64,000 nucleotides of DNA from Spirochaetia bacterium (GCA_965203905.1 CBDBDQ010000005.1:7552001-7616000), one strand, 5' to 3'. Counted from the stretch's first letter, positions 50,092 through 60,317 are shown. Notes: generated by a model not told the origin, from the letters alone. Numbers and translations are program-made.

Positions 50092-50598
50092 CTACTGCGG
50101 CTGCGCTTCGCGCGCGTGCTTGGCGAGGCGCCGGAGGTACGCCGAGTACGCGGCCAACTCGGCGCGCACCTGGGTACGGCAGGCCAGGTACTTGGAACGG
50201 ACCAGCTCCAGCCGATCCCAGTCGTGGTCGAACGCGAAGTAGTAGCGCTTGAAGTGGCGGAAGCGGCGCAGCTCCGAGAGCGCGGCGAGGGTGGCGTCGG
50301 AAATGACCCGTTCGCGGACATCAGGAACGGTCCAGGTCATCGCCCGCAGCAGTTGCTCGTGCCAGCGGGCGTCATCGAGCGCGTTCTCGAAGAACTGGCT
50401 GATGCGCAGAAAGGCGGTCTCCAGACAGGTGTAGAACGACACCAGCACGTCGCTGACGATGATCGCGTTCTCGGTGGACCGGTCGGCGGCCGCCGGCTGC
50501 CGGTGAAACCGGTCGTAGAACCCGTTGATGCGCTCGAGCACCGGCAGCGTGGCATCGAGCTCGGCGGCGAGGGCCGCGATCCGATCAGCGGGCGCCAT
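50092..50598 (-). CDS. HepT-like HEPN ribonuclease toxin
   Basis: SFYTCLETAFLRI...WHEQLL..M...LRRFRHFKRYY; downstream of the MNT gene. Confidence 0.8.
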   Translation of the reverse strand: MAPADRIAALAAELDATLPVLERINGFYDRFHRQPAAADRSTENAIIVSDVLVSFYTCLETAFLRISQFFENALDDARWHEQLLRAMTWTVPDVRERVISDATLAALSELRRFRHFKRYYFAFDHDWDRLELVRSKYLACRTQVRAELAAYSAYLRRLAKHAREAQPQ

Positions 50599-50965
50599 GC
50601 ACCAACCGGCCCGCGCTGCGGATCAGGCGTGCGTACTCCGGTTCGATGCGCTCCAACTCCACGATGTGCAGCGGCAGCGCCGTCAAATCCTCGGCGCGCG
50701 CATAGAGCCGGAACAGGCGCTCAGCGGGACCCAGGCCTTCCACCGCGATGTCGATGTCCGAGCGTGAGGAGAAGTGGCGGCGGTGCAGCAGCGAGCCCCA
50801 CTGCCAGACGCGCAGCGGCGCGAACTCGCGCACGATCATCTCCACGATGCGGTCGAAGTCCGCCCACGCGGTCCGAAAGCGTGCGTCCAGCTCGCGCTGC
50901 CGGGCCGCCTCGCGGCGCTGCAGGAAGGCAACCGTGTGTGCCGGATCAACCGTCATGTCCAGCAT
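50585..50965 (-). CDS. MNT nucleotidyltransferase antitoxin
   Basis: WQWGSLL...SDIDIAVEG. Confidence 0.87.
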   Translation of the reverse strand: MLDMTVDPAHTVAFLQRREAARQRELDARFRTAWADFDRIVEMIVREFAPLRVWQWGSLLHRRHFSSRSDIDIAVEGLGPAERLFRLYARAEDLTALPLHIVELERIEPEYARLIRSAGRLVHGAR

Positions 50966-51072
50966 CTCCGGCTGCACAGTATAGCAGCCCGCACCGGCGA
51001 GCGCCGCCGGGTCATCTGCTCGAATCTGCCCAAACTCAACGACGAGCTGACGAGATAGATCAGCGGCTATGC

Positions 51073-51894
51073 CTACCCCTTCAGACCTCCCATGGTGAGG
51101 CCCTCCACGAAGTGGTTCTGAATGAGCAGCACCAGGAAGATGATCGGCGCGGTGATCAGCGTGGCCGCGGCGTAGATGCCGCCAAAGTCGATCTCCTCGT
51201 AGGTCATGAATTCAAAAACGGTGACCGGCAACGTGAACGTGCGCGGTCCTGACAGAATGAGCGCGAACAGAAAGTGGTTCCAGGAGAATATGAACGCGAG
51301 GATGAAGGCGGTGGCGATGCCGGCCCGGGTCAGCGGCAGCGCTACCCGCAGGAAGGTTTGCCACTTGCTGCAGCCATCGATGATGGCGGCCTCCTCGATC
51401 TCGAGCGGCACGTCCTCGAAGAAGCCGATCATGATCCAGATGATCAGGGGCAGCGTGAGAACCACGTGGCTGGCAATGATACCTACGTAGGAGTCGAGGA
51501 TCCCCAGGGTGCGGTATATGATGAACCACGGCACCAGGAAGCTAATGCCGGGGATCATGCGCACCATGAGGATCACGAATCCAAGCTTGTGTCGTCCGAA
51601 GCGTCCGATTGCATGTGCCGCCGGCAGTCCCAATAGCATGCCGGCGAGCACCGCTGAGGTGGCCAGAACAAGGCTGTTGAACGTGCGGAACAGGAACGCG
51701 GTTTGCACGAACACGTTCCGGTAGTTGGAAAGCGTCGGCGGGTAGAGCCAGTCCGGCGGCATGCGCTGCAATATGACTCCCGGCTTGAGGGAGCCGAAGA
51801 TCATCCAGAAGAACGGGAACACGAAGCCCAGGAGCACCGCCATGAGGGTGACGTAGAACAGCGTTCGACTGATGAGGGTCCTGGCGCTGTTCAT
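51073..51894 (-). CDS. Carbohydrate ABC permease (MalG-like)
   Basis: EIEEAAIIDGC, FSWNHFLFALIL, GLTMGGLKG. Confidence 0.94.
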   Translation of the reverse strand: MNSARTLISRTLFYVTLMAVLLGFVFPFFWMIFGSLKPGVILQRMPPDWLYPPTLSNYRNVFVQTAFLFRTFNSLVLATSAVLAGMLLGLPAAHAIGRFGRHKLGFVILMVRMIPGISFLVPWFIIYRTLGILDSYVGIIASHVVLTLPLIIWIMIGFFEDVPLEIEEAAIIDGCSKWQTFLRVALPLTRAGIATAFILAFIFSWNHFLFALILSGPRTFTLPVTVFEFMTYEEIDFGGIYAAATLITAPIIFLVLLIQNHFVEGLTMGGLKG

Positions 51895-52793
51895 CGGGCC
51901 CACTTTCCGCGCCGGACGCGGATCAGCATGAGCGTGAGGCCCATCATGAAAAGCGTCATGAAGATCACCAGCGAGCTGGCGTAGCCCATCTGGAAGTAGC
52001 GAAAGCCCTGGTCGAAAATGAACAGATTCAAGATGCGGGAGGCGTTGCCGGGTCCCCCGCCGGTGATGACGTATATCTCGTCGAAGGTCTTGAGCGAATC
52101 CATCAACCGCAACATGGCCGCCACCACCACGGCGGGTCGGATGAGGGGCAGCGTGATGCGCCGGAAGCGCTGCAGGTCCGATGCGCCGTCGATCACGGCC
52201 GCTTCGTAGAGCGTTCGGTCTATCGCGGACATTCCGGCCATGGCGATCAGCATGATCAGAGGCGTCCAGTGCCACACATCCACCATGATCAGTACCGGCA
52301 CGACCGTGGTCCCCTGCGCCAGCCACGGTTGCGGAGCGAGGCCGATCGCGGAGAAGAAATGGTTCAGGATGCCGAGCGTCGGGTGCAACATCAGCCGCCA
52401 CAGGATCGACAGCGCCACCGGCGTGCTGGCCATCGGCAGAATGAGCATCGACCGGACCACGGGCTTGCCCACGAACTGCCGGTTCAGGAACTCCGCCAGC
52501 GCCACCCCAAGGACGATCTGCAGCGCAAGCGAACCGAACGTGAAGTAGAGCGTCACCCACAGCGAGCTGAAGAAGCCCTCGTCCTGGAACATGCTGATGA
52601 AGTTGGTGACCCCGGCCCACCCGGGCGGACGGATCGTGGAGATGTGCCAGTCGGTGAAGCTGAGGCCGATGGTGTACGCCAGCGGCCCGCCCACCATGGC
52701 GACCAGCGCCACCAGTGCCGGCAGCACCATGAGGAGATCAAAGTGGCGATCGACCCAAAGGCGCCAGGTTCCAGACTCGGATCTTGCGATCAT
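51891..52793 (-). CDS. Carbohydrate ABC permease (MalF-like)
   Basis: LYEAAVIDGAS, TGGGPG. Confidence 0.94.
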   Translation of the reverse strand: MIARSESGTWRLWVDRHFDLLMVLPALVALVAMVGGPLAYTIGLSFTDWHISTIRPPGWAGVTNFISMFQDEGFFSSLWVTLYFTFGSLALQIVLGVALAEFLNRQFVGKPVVRSMLILPMASTPVALSILWRLMLHPTLGILNHFFSAIGLAPQPWLAQGTTVVPVLIMVDVWHWTPLIMLIAMAGMSAIDRTLYEAAVIDGASDLQRFRRITLPLIRPAVVVAAMLRLMDSLKTFDEIYVITGGGPGNASRILNLFIFDQGFRYFQMGYASSLVIFMTLFMMGLTLMLIRVRRGKWAR

Positions 52794-52825
52794 CGCTCAG
52801 TCAACTCCGCTCCCGGTTCTGCGCG

Positions 52826-52862
52826 AAAAAAAGAGCAGGGAATCCGCCGGATATCCCTGCCC
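52826..52862 (-). terminator. Intrinsic terminator-like hairpin after the SBP gene
   Basis: GGGCAGGGAtATCC-ggc-GGATTCCCTGCTC followed by T7 on the minus strand. Confidence 0.7.
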
Positions 52863-52900
52863 CTGTTGATGAATGATGAGGGGTGACGAAACGCGCGAAC

Positions 52901-54223
52901 TTATTCGGTCCGCGCCATGATGTCGGCGACCTCCTCGGCCGCCTCGTCGAGCGCGGCCTGAGGCTGCTTGTTCCCGAGAATGGCATCCACTATCGCGGTC
53001 CCGATCACATCCTCGATCTGTTGCACCTCGACAACCTCCGGATGGCCCATCGGCGTAGCGTGTGCGAAGGAAGCCAGAACCGCATCCAACCACTCCTGGT
53101 TCGATACGGCAGCGAACTCCGGGCTGTTCCAGGCCGACTGGCGGGCCGTAGGAAAGTTCTTGGCCTGGATGAACAGCTGCATATCCTTGCCGGTTACCCA
53201 CTGGATGAACAGCCAGGCCGGATCCTTCTTCTTGCTCAGACTGGAGATGGCCATGTTCCAGGACCACAGATTCGCCTTGGCCTCCTGACCCGGCACCGTT
53301 GGAACGTGAGCGAAGCCGACCTTGTCGACCACCGTCGACTTCTCCGGATCGGAGAGCACGCCCAGCCAAGCCGCCGTATCGACGATATGCGCAGTCTCAC
53401 CCTGCTGCATGAGCGCCAGTTCGTCGTACCAGTGGTTCTCCGCCGCTCCCGGGTTAGCGTAGTTCTGCATGAGCTGTACGTAGGTTTCGAGCGCTCTTAC
53501 GCCCGCCGGGGAGTTGAAAGCCGGACGCCGCTGGCTGTCGAGCCACTCACCGCCGTATGCATAGAGGAACGGGCCAAACTCCGCGACAGACTGCGTCTTC
53601 ATGCCACGCCCGGCAAACCCATAGATGTCACTGCCATGCACCCTGCCGGCATTGGCAACCAGGTCATCCATAGTCTGGGGCACTTCCAGGCCGGCTTGTT
53701 CATACACGTCCTTGCGGTAGAACAGGAGCCAGGTGACCGCGTTCAGTGGAATCGCAACGCGGTTGCCTTCGAATACCTGCGCGTCCCACACCGACCTGAT
53801 GAAGTCATCGGGATCGAAGTTGGGATCGGTCTTGTTGGGATCGGCCAAGTACGGGTCCAGGTACTCGTACCAGCCGCTGCTGTAGAACTTGCGCCCTTCG
53901 AAGTTGGTTCCGGTGGCGAACGCATCGATGGTCGTGCTGCCGCCGGCCAACTCCACCACCATCTTTTGCCGAAATTGATCCTCCGGGAAGTCTTCGAGCC
54001 GTACCTTGATACCGGTCAGCTCCTCGAATTCCGGCAGTTTTTCCTTGATCAGATTCGTGTAGTAGAACTTCAGGGCGAGGAAGCGGATTTCCTCCCCTTC
54101 ATAGTTCCGCCAGTCGAATCCCGCGACCTGGGCCGATGCCGCCTGCTCCGCCTCGCCGGCGGCAAAGGCCGGGGCGCTGGCGATCAGAGCCAACAAGAAC
54201 AGTGCGGTTACGAACTTCTTCAT
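52901..54223 (-). CDS. Carbohydrate ABC solute-binding protein (family 1)
   Basis: RBS GGAGG; signal MKKFVTALFLL...FAAGE; LFYRKD, AWLFIQW. Confidence 0.93.
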   Translation of the reverse strand: MKKFVTALFLLALIASAPAFAAGEAEQAASAQVAGFDWRNYEGEEIRFLALKFYYTNLIKEKLPEFEELTGIKVRLEDFPEDQFRQKMVVELAGGSTTIDAFATGTNFEGRKFYSSGWYEYLDPYLADPNKTDPNFDPDDFIRSVWDAQVFEGNRVAIPLNAVTWLLFYRKDVYEQAGLEVPQTMDDLVANAGRVHGSDIYGFAGRGMKTQSVAEFGPFLYAYGGEWLDSQRRPAFNSPAGVRALETYVQLMQNYANPGAAENHWYDELALMQQGETAHIVDTAAWLGVLSDPEKSTVVDKVGFAHVPTVPGQEAKANLWSWNMAISSLSKKKDPAWLFIQWVTGKDMQLFIQAKNFPTARQSAWNSPEFAAVSNQEWLDAVLASFAHATPMGHPEVVEVQQIEDVIGTAIVDAILGNKQPQAALDEAAEEVADIMARTE

Positions 54224-54271
54224 GTTCACTTCCTCCACCAAAAAAAAGATCGAACGACGTTGCGAAAGATC

Positions 54272-54300
54272 ACTCTAGGTCGCCCCCGCCCTGGTGTCAA
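54272..54300 (-). promoter_or_regulatory. sigma70-like promoter of the sugar ABC operon
   Basis: TTGACA-17 bp-TAGAGT. Confidence 0.65.
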
Positions 54301-54421
54301 GCCGCCACGCGAATAGGTCGCGCCGGCCGCCGCGCTCGCGACCACGTTGTGCAGCCAGCCCTCCGCCGCCGGAAGCCTGTCCGATTGCGACAGACTCCCG
54401 GCGACCGGTAGCGGCTTAGAG

Positions 54422-54579
54422 CAGCCCGTGGTGAAACTCCGGCTGCATTCGAGCGGCGATCCATCCCGGCTGGCTGCGTTGCTCCTCGCTCACATATGCC
54501 CTGATATGCTCGTTCGTCGCACCTTGCCAGCCGGGCGCCTCGCCGCTCTCGGTGCGACGCCGGGTTCCACCACGGGCTG
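54422..54579. mobile_element. 158-bp MITE-like element
   Basis: Terminal inverted repeats CAGCCCGTGGTGAAAC / GTTCCACCACGGGCTG (15/16); CTAG right flank forms the SBP stop; no credible ORF. Confidence 0.72.
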
Positions 54580-56286
54580 CTAGTTGATGTAGCCGGCGTT
54601 GCGGAGGGTGTCCTCCCAGATCTGCACGTAGCGCTCCACGCCGGCGCGCTCCAGCTCGTTGACGTAGGTGTCCCACTGGCCCTGGTCGTCGATGTCGCGG
54701 CTACCGACGATGAACTCGGTGCTCCACTGCTCCACCAGGCCGGTGCCGCCGGCGATGGTGCCGGTCAGGTCGGCCAGCTCATCCTGCACGTCCTCGTCGA
54801 ACACCAGGTTGGCGGGAACGTAGTTCTCCTGCAGCAGCGGCTTGTACATGTCGCGCGTAGCCACCATCAGGATCCACTCCTGCTTGGAGGGATCGTTGGC
54901 GAACTCCGGCGGCAGGGCGCGGGTGCCCACCGGGCCCCAGCGCAGCGTGGTGCGGCTCCAGCCGTCGTCGCGCTTCACCTCGCCGTAGGTCTTGGTCTCC
55001 AGCGGCCAGGTCACCGCCGGCGACCCGTCGCGCGCCACATAGCCCTTGGTCTTCTCCTCCGCGGTCAGGTAGCGCCAGTGCACCCCCTCCTCCAGGAAGT
55101 CCATGCCGAGGTTGCCGTTCACCAGCGGATCCTCGTAGAACCAGTTGGCCCATTGGGTGACGATCTCCGGGTGCTCCTCCGCCGCCGTGATGAAGGTGTG
55201 GTAACGGATCTGCGGCGGGAAGTAGGTGGTGTTCTGCGCCCCCGCCGGCCCCTTCAACGGGGCGATCGGCTTGAAGTCCGCGAAGCGCCCGGTGCCGCCG
55301 CCGTTGACCGTCATCACCCCGTACCAGCCGGCGGGAAAGCTGCCCACCAGGTCGATGTCCGGGTTCTCGATCGTGGCCTTGGCCTGGTCGTTCTTCTGGG
55401 TGAAGGTCTCGCGCCCGATCAGCTCCTCCTCGTACAGGCGGTTGAGATAGCGCAACCCCTCGCGCCACTCCGGGGTGTTGGCCACGAAACGCATCGAGTC
55501 GGAGGTGCGCTCCAGGTAGCCGCCGTAGGTGCCGCGCCGGGTGTAGGTGAAGGCGTTCATGATGAAGTTCAGCGGCAGCGCGTTCCAGCCGGTGGTGGCG
55601 CCGAGCATCGGGATCTCGTCGGCGAGGCCGTTGCCGTTGGGATCGCCCTCCTTGAACGCCTTCAGCACCTCGTACAGCTCGTCGGTGGTGGTGGGCGGGA
55701 AGTCCAGCCCCAGCTTGTCGAACCACGGCTGGTACATCCAGAACTTGATCTGGAAGCGGCAGTGGAAGCACCCCGCCTCCAGCTCCGGCAGGTTGTAGAT
55801 GCCGCCGTCGGGCATGGTGAGCTGGGCCTGGTACTGCGGCCACTTCTCCAGCTCGCGCTTCAGCGCCGGCATGTGCTTGTCGATCAGCTCGTTCAGACGC
55901 TGAAAGGTGCCGGTCACGCCGTGCTGGTAGGTGGTCTGGGCGTTGATGTGGAACGGCGTCATGATCACGTCGGGCAGGTCCCCGCTGGCCAGCATCAGGT
56001 TGATCTTCTCGCCCGCCGCGCCACTCTCGATCACGTCCACGAAGTTGACCCGCACGTTGGTGAGGTCCTCCAGGAAGGTGGTGAACTTCGAGTCCCCCGG
56101 CCGCCCGGACGACTCGTGGCTCAGGTAGATCGTGACCACGTCGAACTCGTACATCGGCTCGACCACCGGGTAGGTCCCCGGCGGACTGAGCGTGTAATCA
56201 CCGGCGGCGGATCCCTCTCCCTCGCCGCTGGCGAAGCCCATGGCAGCGCCTGCCACGAGCAGCAAAACGATTGTCAGATTTCGCAT
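54580..56286 (-). CDS. Extracellular solute-binding protein (LplA-like), tandem copy 2
   Basis: Signal MRNLTIVLLL..FASGE; NLMLASGDLPD, PTTTDELYEVLKAFK.GDPNGNG.ADEIP. Confidence 0.93.
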   Translation of the reverse strand: MRNLTIVLLLVAGAAMGFASGEGEGSAAGDYTLSPPGTYPVVEPMYEFDVVTIYLSHESSGRPGDSKFTTFLEDLTNVRVNFVDVIESGAAGEKINLMLASGDLPDVIMTPFHINAQTTYQHGVTGTFQRLNELIDKHMPALKRELEKWPQYQAQLTMPDGGIYNLPELEAGCFHCRFQIKFWMYQPWFDKLGLDFPPTTTDELYEVLKAFKEGDPNGNGLADEIPMLGATTGWNALPLNFIMNAFTYTRRGTYGGYLERTSDSMRFVANTPEWREGLRYLNRLYEEELIGRETFTQKNDQAKATIENPDIDLVGSFPAGWYGVMTVNGGGTGRFADFKPIAPLKGPAGAQNTTYFPPQIRYHTFITAAEEHPEIVTQWANWFYEDPLVNGNLGMDFLEEGVHWRYLTAEEKTKGYVARDGSPAVTWPLETKTYGEVKRDDGWSRTTLRWGPVGTRALPPEFANDPSKQEWILMVATRDMYKPLLQENYVPANLVFDEDVQDELADLTGTIAGGTGLVEQWSTEFIVGSRDIDDQGQWDTYVNELERAGVERYVQIWEDTLRNAGYIN

Positions 56287-56461
56287 CTGCAACTCCTTTG
56301 TGGGTGTCTTGCACCGGGCAACGCCCGGTTATTGCGGCCCTCTACGGGCCTTATCCTTCTATTGGGGCCGGCAGCCGAGCGGCCGCCGGCACTGCCCGGG
56401 CAAGCACCGGCCACCGCTCCGTTGGCGAACGAAGGGCGGCCGGGCTCGTGGACCGCGGCTG

Positions 56462-58171
56462 TCAGTTGAGGTAGCCGGCGTTCCTCAGCGTGTCCTCCCA
56501 GATCTCGGTGTAGCGCTCCACGCCGGCGCGCTCCAGCTCGCTCACGTAGGCGTCCCACTGCGACTGATCGTCGATGTCGCGGCTGCCGACGATGAACTCG
56601 GTGCTCCACTGCTCCACCAGGCCAGTACCGGCGGCTATCGTCGCGGTGAGGTCGGCCAGCTCGTCCTGGATGTCCTCCCCGAAGATCAGGTTCGCGGGGA
56701 TGAAGTTGTCCTGCACGTAGGGCTGATACTGGTCGCGGGTGGTGACCATCAGGATCCACTCCTGCTTGGAAGGATCATTGGCCCACTCGGGGTTCAGGGC
56801 ACCGGTGCCGACCGGCCCCCAACGTAGCGCGGAGCGGGTCCAGCCGTCGTCCCGCTTCAGGTCGCCGCCGTAGGTCTTCACCTGCAGCGGCCAGGTCACC
56901 GCCGGTGAGCCGTCGCGCGCCACGTAGCCCATGGTCTTCTCTTCCGCGGTCAGGTAGCGCCAGTGCACCCCCTCCTGCAGGAAGTCCCAGCCCAGCGCGG
57001 CCGCCACCAGCGGCTCGTCGTAGAACCAGTTCGCCCACTGGGCGATGATTTCAGGATGCTCCTCGCGCGGCGTGATGAACGTGTGGTAGCGGATCGCCGG
57101 CGGGAAGTGGGTCACGTACTGCGCCCCGGCCGGGCCCTTCAGCGGCGCAATCGGCTTGAAGTGGGCGAAGCGCCCGGTGCCGCCCCCGTTGACCGTCATG
57201 ACGCCGAACCAGCCGGCCGGAAAGCTGCCCACCATCTCGGCGTCCGGGTTCTCGATCGTGGCCTTGGCCTGGTCGTTCTTCTGGGTGAAGGTCTCCCGTC
57301 CGATCAGCTCTTCCGCGTACAGGCGATGGATGTAGCGCAGCCCCTCGCGCCACTCAGGGGTGTTGGCCACGAACCGTATTCCGTCCGAGGCGCGCTCCAG
57401 GAACCCGCCGTAGGTGCCACGTCGGGTGTAGGTGAAGGCGTTCATCAGGAAGTTGGTCGGCAGCGCGTTCCAGCCGGTGGTGGCGCCAAGCATCGGGATC
57501 TCGTCGGCCACGCCGTTGCCGTTGGGATCGCCGGTCTTGAACGCCTTCAACACCTCGTACAGCTCGTCGGTGGTGGTGGGCGGGAAGCTCAGCCCCAGCT
57601 TGTCGAACCACGGCTGGTACATCCAGAACTTGATCGAGTACTGGCAGTGGAAGCATCCGGCCTCCAGTTCCGGCAGGTTGTAGATGCCGCCATCCGGCAT
57701 GGTAAGCTGGGCAGCGTACTGCGGCCACTTCTCCAGCTCCCGCTTCAACGCCGGCATGTGCTGGTCGATGATGTCGTTCAGGCGGATGAAGGTGCCGTTG
57801 ATGCCGTGCTGGAACGTGGTCTGCGCGTTGATGTGCCACGGCGTCATGATCACGTCGGGCACGTCGCCGCTGGCCAGCATCAGGTTGATCTTCTCACCCG
57901 CCGCGCCGCTCTCGATCACGTCGATGAAGTTGACCCGGACGTTGGTGATCTCTTCAAGGTAGGGGGTGAACTTCGATTCTCCCGGCTTGCCGGACGACTC
58001 GACGCTGCTGTAGATGGTGACGGCGTCGAACTCGTACATCGGTTCCACCACCGGATAGGTTCCGGGCGCACTGAGGACGTAGTCGCCGGCAGAGGATTCC
58101 TCCCCTTCGCCGGCGGCGTAAGCCATGGTGGCGGCGGCAACGAGCACTAACACGATTGCTAGAATTCGCAT
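56462..58171 (-). CDS. Extracellular solute-binding protein (LplA-like), tandem copy 1
   Basis: Highly similar to 54580-56286, including the leader. Confidence 0.93.
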   Translation of the reverse strand: MRILAIVLVLVAAATMAYAAGEGEESSAGDYVLSAPGTYPVVEPMYEFDAVTIYSSVESSGKPGESKFTPYLEEITNVRVNFIDVIESGAAGEKINLMLASGDVPDVIMTPWHINAQTTFQHGINGTFIRLNDIIDQHMPALKRELEKWPQYAAQLTMPDGGIYNLPELEAGCFHCQYSIKFWMYQPWFDKLGLSFPPTTTDELYEVLKAFKTGDPNGNGVADEIPMLGATTGWNALPTNFLMNAFTYTRRGTYGGFLERASDGIRFVANTPEWREGLRYIHRLYAEELIGRETFTQKNDQAKATIENPDAEMVGSFPAGWFGVMTVNGGGTGRFAHFKPIAPLKGPAGAQYVTHFPPAIRYHTFITPREEHPEIIAQWANWFYDEPLVAAALGWDFLQEGVHWRYLTAEEKTMGYVARDGSPAVTWPLQVKTYGGDLKRDDGWTRSALRWGPVGTGALNPEWANDPSKQEWILMVTTRDQYQPYVQDNFIPANLIFGEDIQDELADLTATIAAGTGLVEQWSTEFIVGSRDIDDQSQWDAYVSELERAGVERYTEIWEDTLRNAGYLN

Positions 58172-58266
58172 CTGCAACTCCTTTCGGTGTTGTTGTTCCC
58201 CGGGCAACGCCCGGTTTGTGCGGGCCTCTGCTGCCCGCGTACAGGTCATCTCCAAACTATCCCAGG

Positions 58267-59259
58267 CTATCCCTTGAGGGATCCGATCATCACTCCCTTG
58301 ATGAAGTGGCGCTGCACGAACGGGTACATCACCAGTACCGGGACCGTGGCCACCACGATCAGCGAGTACTGCAGCAGCGCCACCAGGAACTCGCGCCGGG
58401 TCATCTGCTCCAGCTGTTCCTCGGTCATGTCGGCCATCATGTCATCCAGGATGTTCATCGAGTTCTGGATCAGGATCTCGCGCAGGATGAGCTGCAGCGG
58501 CCTCAGGTTGTCGTCGCGAATGTAGATCAGGGCGTTGAAATAGGTGTTCCAGTGGTTCACCGCGTAGAACAGGGTGATGACGGCGATGATCGGCCCCGAC
58601 AGCGGCAGCACGATGTGCCAGAACATGCGGGTGTTGGAGGCACCGTCCACGCGCGCCGCCTCGTACAGCTCGCCGGGAATGGTGCTCTGCAGGTAGGTGC
58701 GGGTGATGATCACGTTCCATACCCCGATCGCCCAGGGGATGATCAGCACGGCGCGGGTATCGATCATACCGAGGCTCTTGATCAGCAGGTAGGTGGGAAT
58801 TAGCCCGCCGTTGAAGAACATGGTGAAGGTGAACAGGAACATGATCGTGCCGCGCCCGACGAAGTCCTTGCGCGCCAGGGGATAGGCCACGATCATGGTC
58901 ATGGCGACGTTGTAGATGGTGCCGAACACGGTGTAGAAGATCGAGTTGCCGTAGCCGAGCCAGACGTCCCGGTACTCGAACACCGCCTTGTAGCCGTCCA
59001 GGTTGGGATTGATCGGCAGCAGCCAGACCCGGCCCGTCAGCACCTCCTGGGCATCGCTGAACGACGAGCTGATGATGTAGATCAGCGGATAGATGACGAT
59101 GAGAAACGCGAAGGTGAGCAGGGCGTAGTCGATGGCGTAGAAGACGCGGTCCTCGCGGGCGTTCCGGATGCGGCTGCGGCGCGCCGTGGGCGCGGGCCGG
59201 GGAGCCGGAGCAGCCGGGGCGGCGGTGACTCCCAGGTCGGTGCCGGAGCGCCTTACCAC
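58267..59259 (-). CDS. Carbohydrate ABC permease (LplC-like); start uncertain
   Basis: FNGGLIPTY, ELYEAARVDGAS, YPFVQRHFIKGVMIGSLKG. Confidence 0.92.
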   Translation of the reverse strand: MVRRSGTDLGVTAAPAAPAPRPAPTARRSRIRNAREDRVFYAIDYALLTFAFLIVIYPLIYIISSSFSDAQEVLTGRVWLLPINPNLDGYKAVFEYRDVWLGYGNSIFYTVFGTIYNVAMTMIVAYPLARKDFVGRGTIMFLFTFTMFFNGGLIPTYLLIKSLGMIDTRAVLIIPWAIGVWNVIITRTYLQSTIPGELYEAARVDGASNTRMFWHIVLPLSGPIIAVITLFYAVNHWNTYFNALIYIRDDNLRPLQLILREILIQNSMNILDDMMADMTEEQLEQMTRREFLVALLQYSLIVVATVPVLVMYPFVQRHFIKGVMIGSLKG

Positions 59260-60218
59260 AGGCTGGTCTCCGATACCCGGCGCGAGATGCGGTTCACCAT
59301 GACCAGCAGGAAGAAGGCGATCACGTTCTTGAACAGGTTGATCGCCGCCGCGTAGGAGAAGTTGGGCGTGGCCGAGGCCAGACCTATCTTGTAGACGTAG
59401 GTCTCCACCACCTCCGAACCGCGGATGTTCAACGCGTTCTGCATCAGGAAAATCTTCTCGAAGCCGACGTTGAGCATCTGTCCCGACTGCAGGATCAGCA
59501 GGATGATCACCGTGGGCATGATGCCGGGCAGGTCGATGTGCCACACCCGCTGCCAGATGGTGGCGCCGTCCACGCGCGCCGCCTCGTGCAACTCCACGTC
59601 GACGCCGGCCAGCGCCGCCAGGAAGATGATCGTGCCCCAGCCCATGTTCTGCCAGATGCCGGTCCACACGTAGACGTGCGCGAACCAGTCCGGGCTGCCC
59701 AGGAACGGCGGTTCCGGGATGCCGAGCTTGGCCAGCGCCACGCTCACCAAGCCGATGCGCACCTGCAGTACCTTGAGGATGATGCCCACCATCACCACGG
59801 TGGAGATGAAGTGCGGGGCGTAGGTGACCATCTGCACGGTCTTCTTGTAGCCGAGCGCCGGACAGTAGTGGAGCGCGAGCGCGAGGATGATAGGGATCGG
59901 GAAGCCGGCCAGGAGGCCGTAGGCGTTGATGTAGAACGTATTCCACATCACGTTCCTGAAGTTGAACGACCTGACGAAGCGCACGAAGTGGTCGAGGCCG
60001 ACCCAGTCGCTGCCCAGCATGCCCTTGATCGGCACGAACTTCTTGAACGCGATCACGTTGCCGACCATCGGCACGTACTGAAACAACAGCAGCCAGATCA
60101 GCGGCAGCGCCACGAACACGTACAGCTCCCAGTTGACCGCTACCTTGTGTCGCCACACGCGACGGCGTTCGGTGGCGGTCGAAAGGGCGCTACTGGTGTC
60201 GGTGCTCGGTTGTCCCAT
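59253..60218 (-). CDS. Carbohydrate ABC permease (LplB-like)
   Basis: YAPHFISTVV, ELHEAARVDGA, NVGFEKIFLMQN. Confidence 0.93.
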   Translation of the reverse strand: MGQPSTDTSSALSTATERRRVWRHKVAVNWELYVFVALPLIWLLLFQYVPMVGNVIAFKKFVPIKGMLGSDWVGLDHFVRFVRSFNFRNVMWNTFYINAYGLLAGFPIPIILALALHYCPALGYKKTVQMVTYAPHFISTVVMVGIILKVLQVRIGLVSVALAKLGIPEPPFLGSPDWFAHVYVWTGIWQNMGWGTIIFLAALAGVDVELHEAARVDGATIWQRVWHIDLPGIMPTVIILLILQSGQMLNVGFEKIFLMQNALNIRGSEVVETYVYKIGLASATPNFSYAAAINLFKNVIAFFLLVMVNRISRRVSETSLW

Positions 60219-60317
60219 AGTGCTCCGTGGGTCGTGGCGGCTACCGTCAGGGCGGACGCCATGTTAGCAAGCCGGGCGTCAGGAGGCAACGGGCGGGCCG
60301 GCGCGGATGAGCGGACC

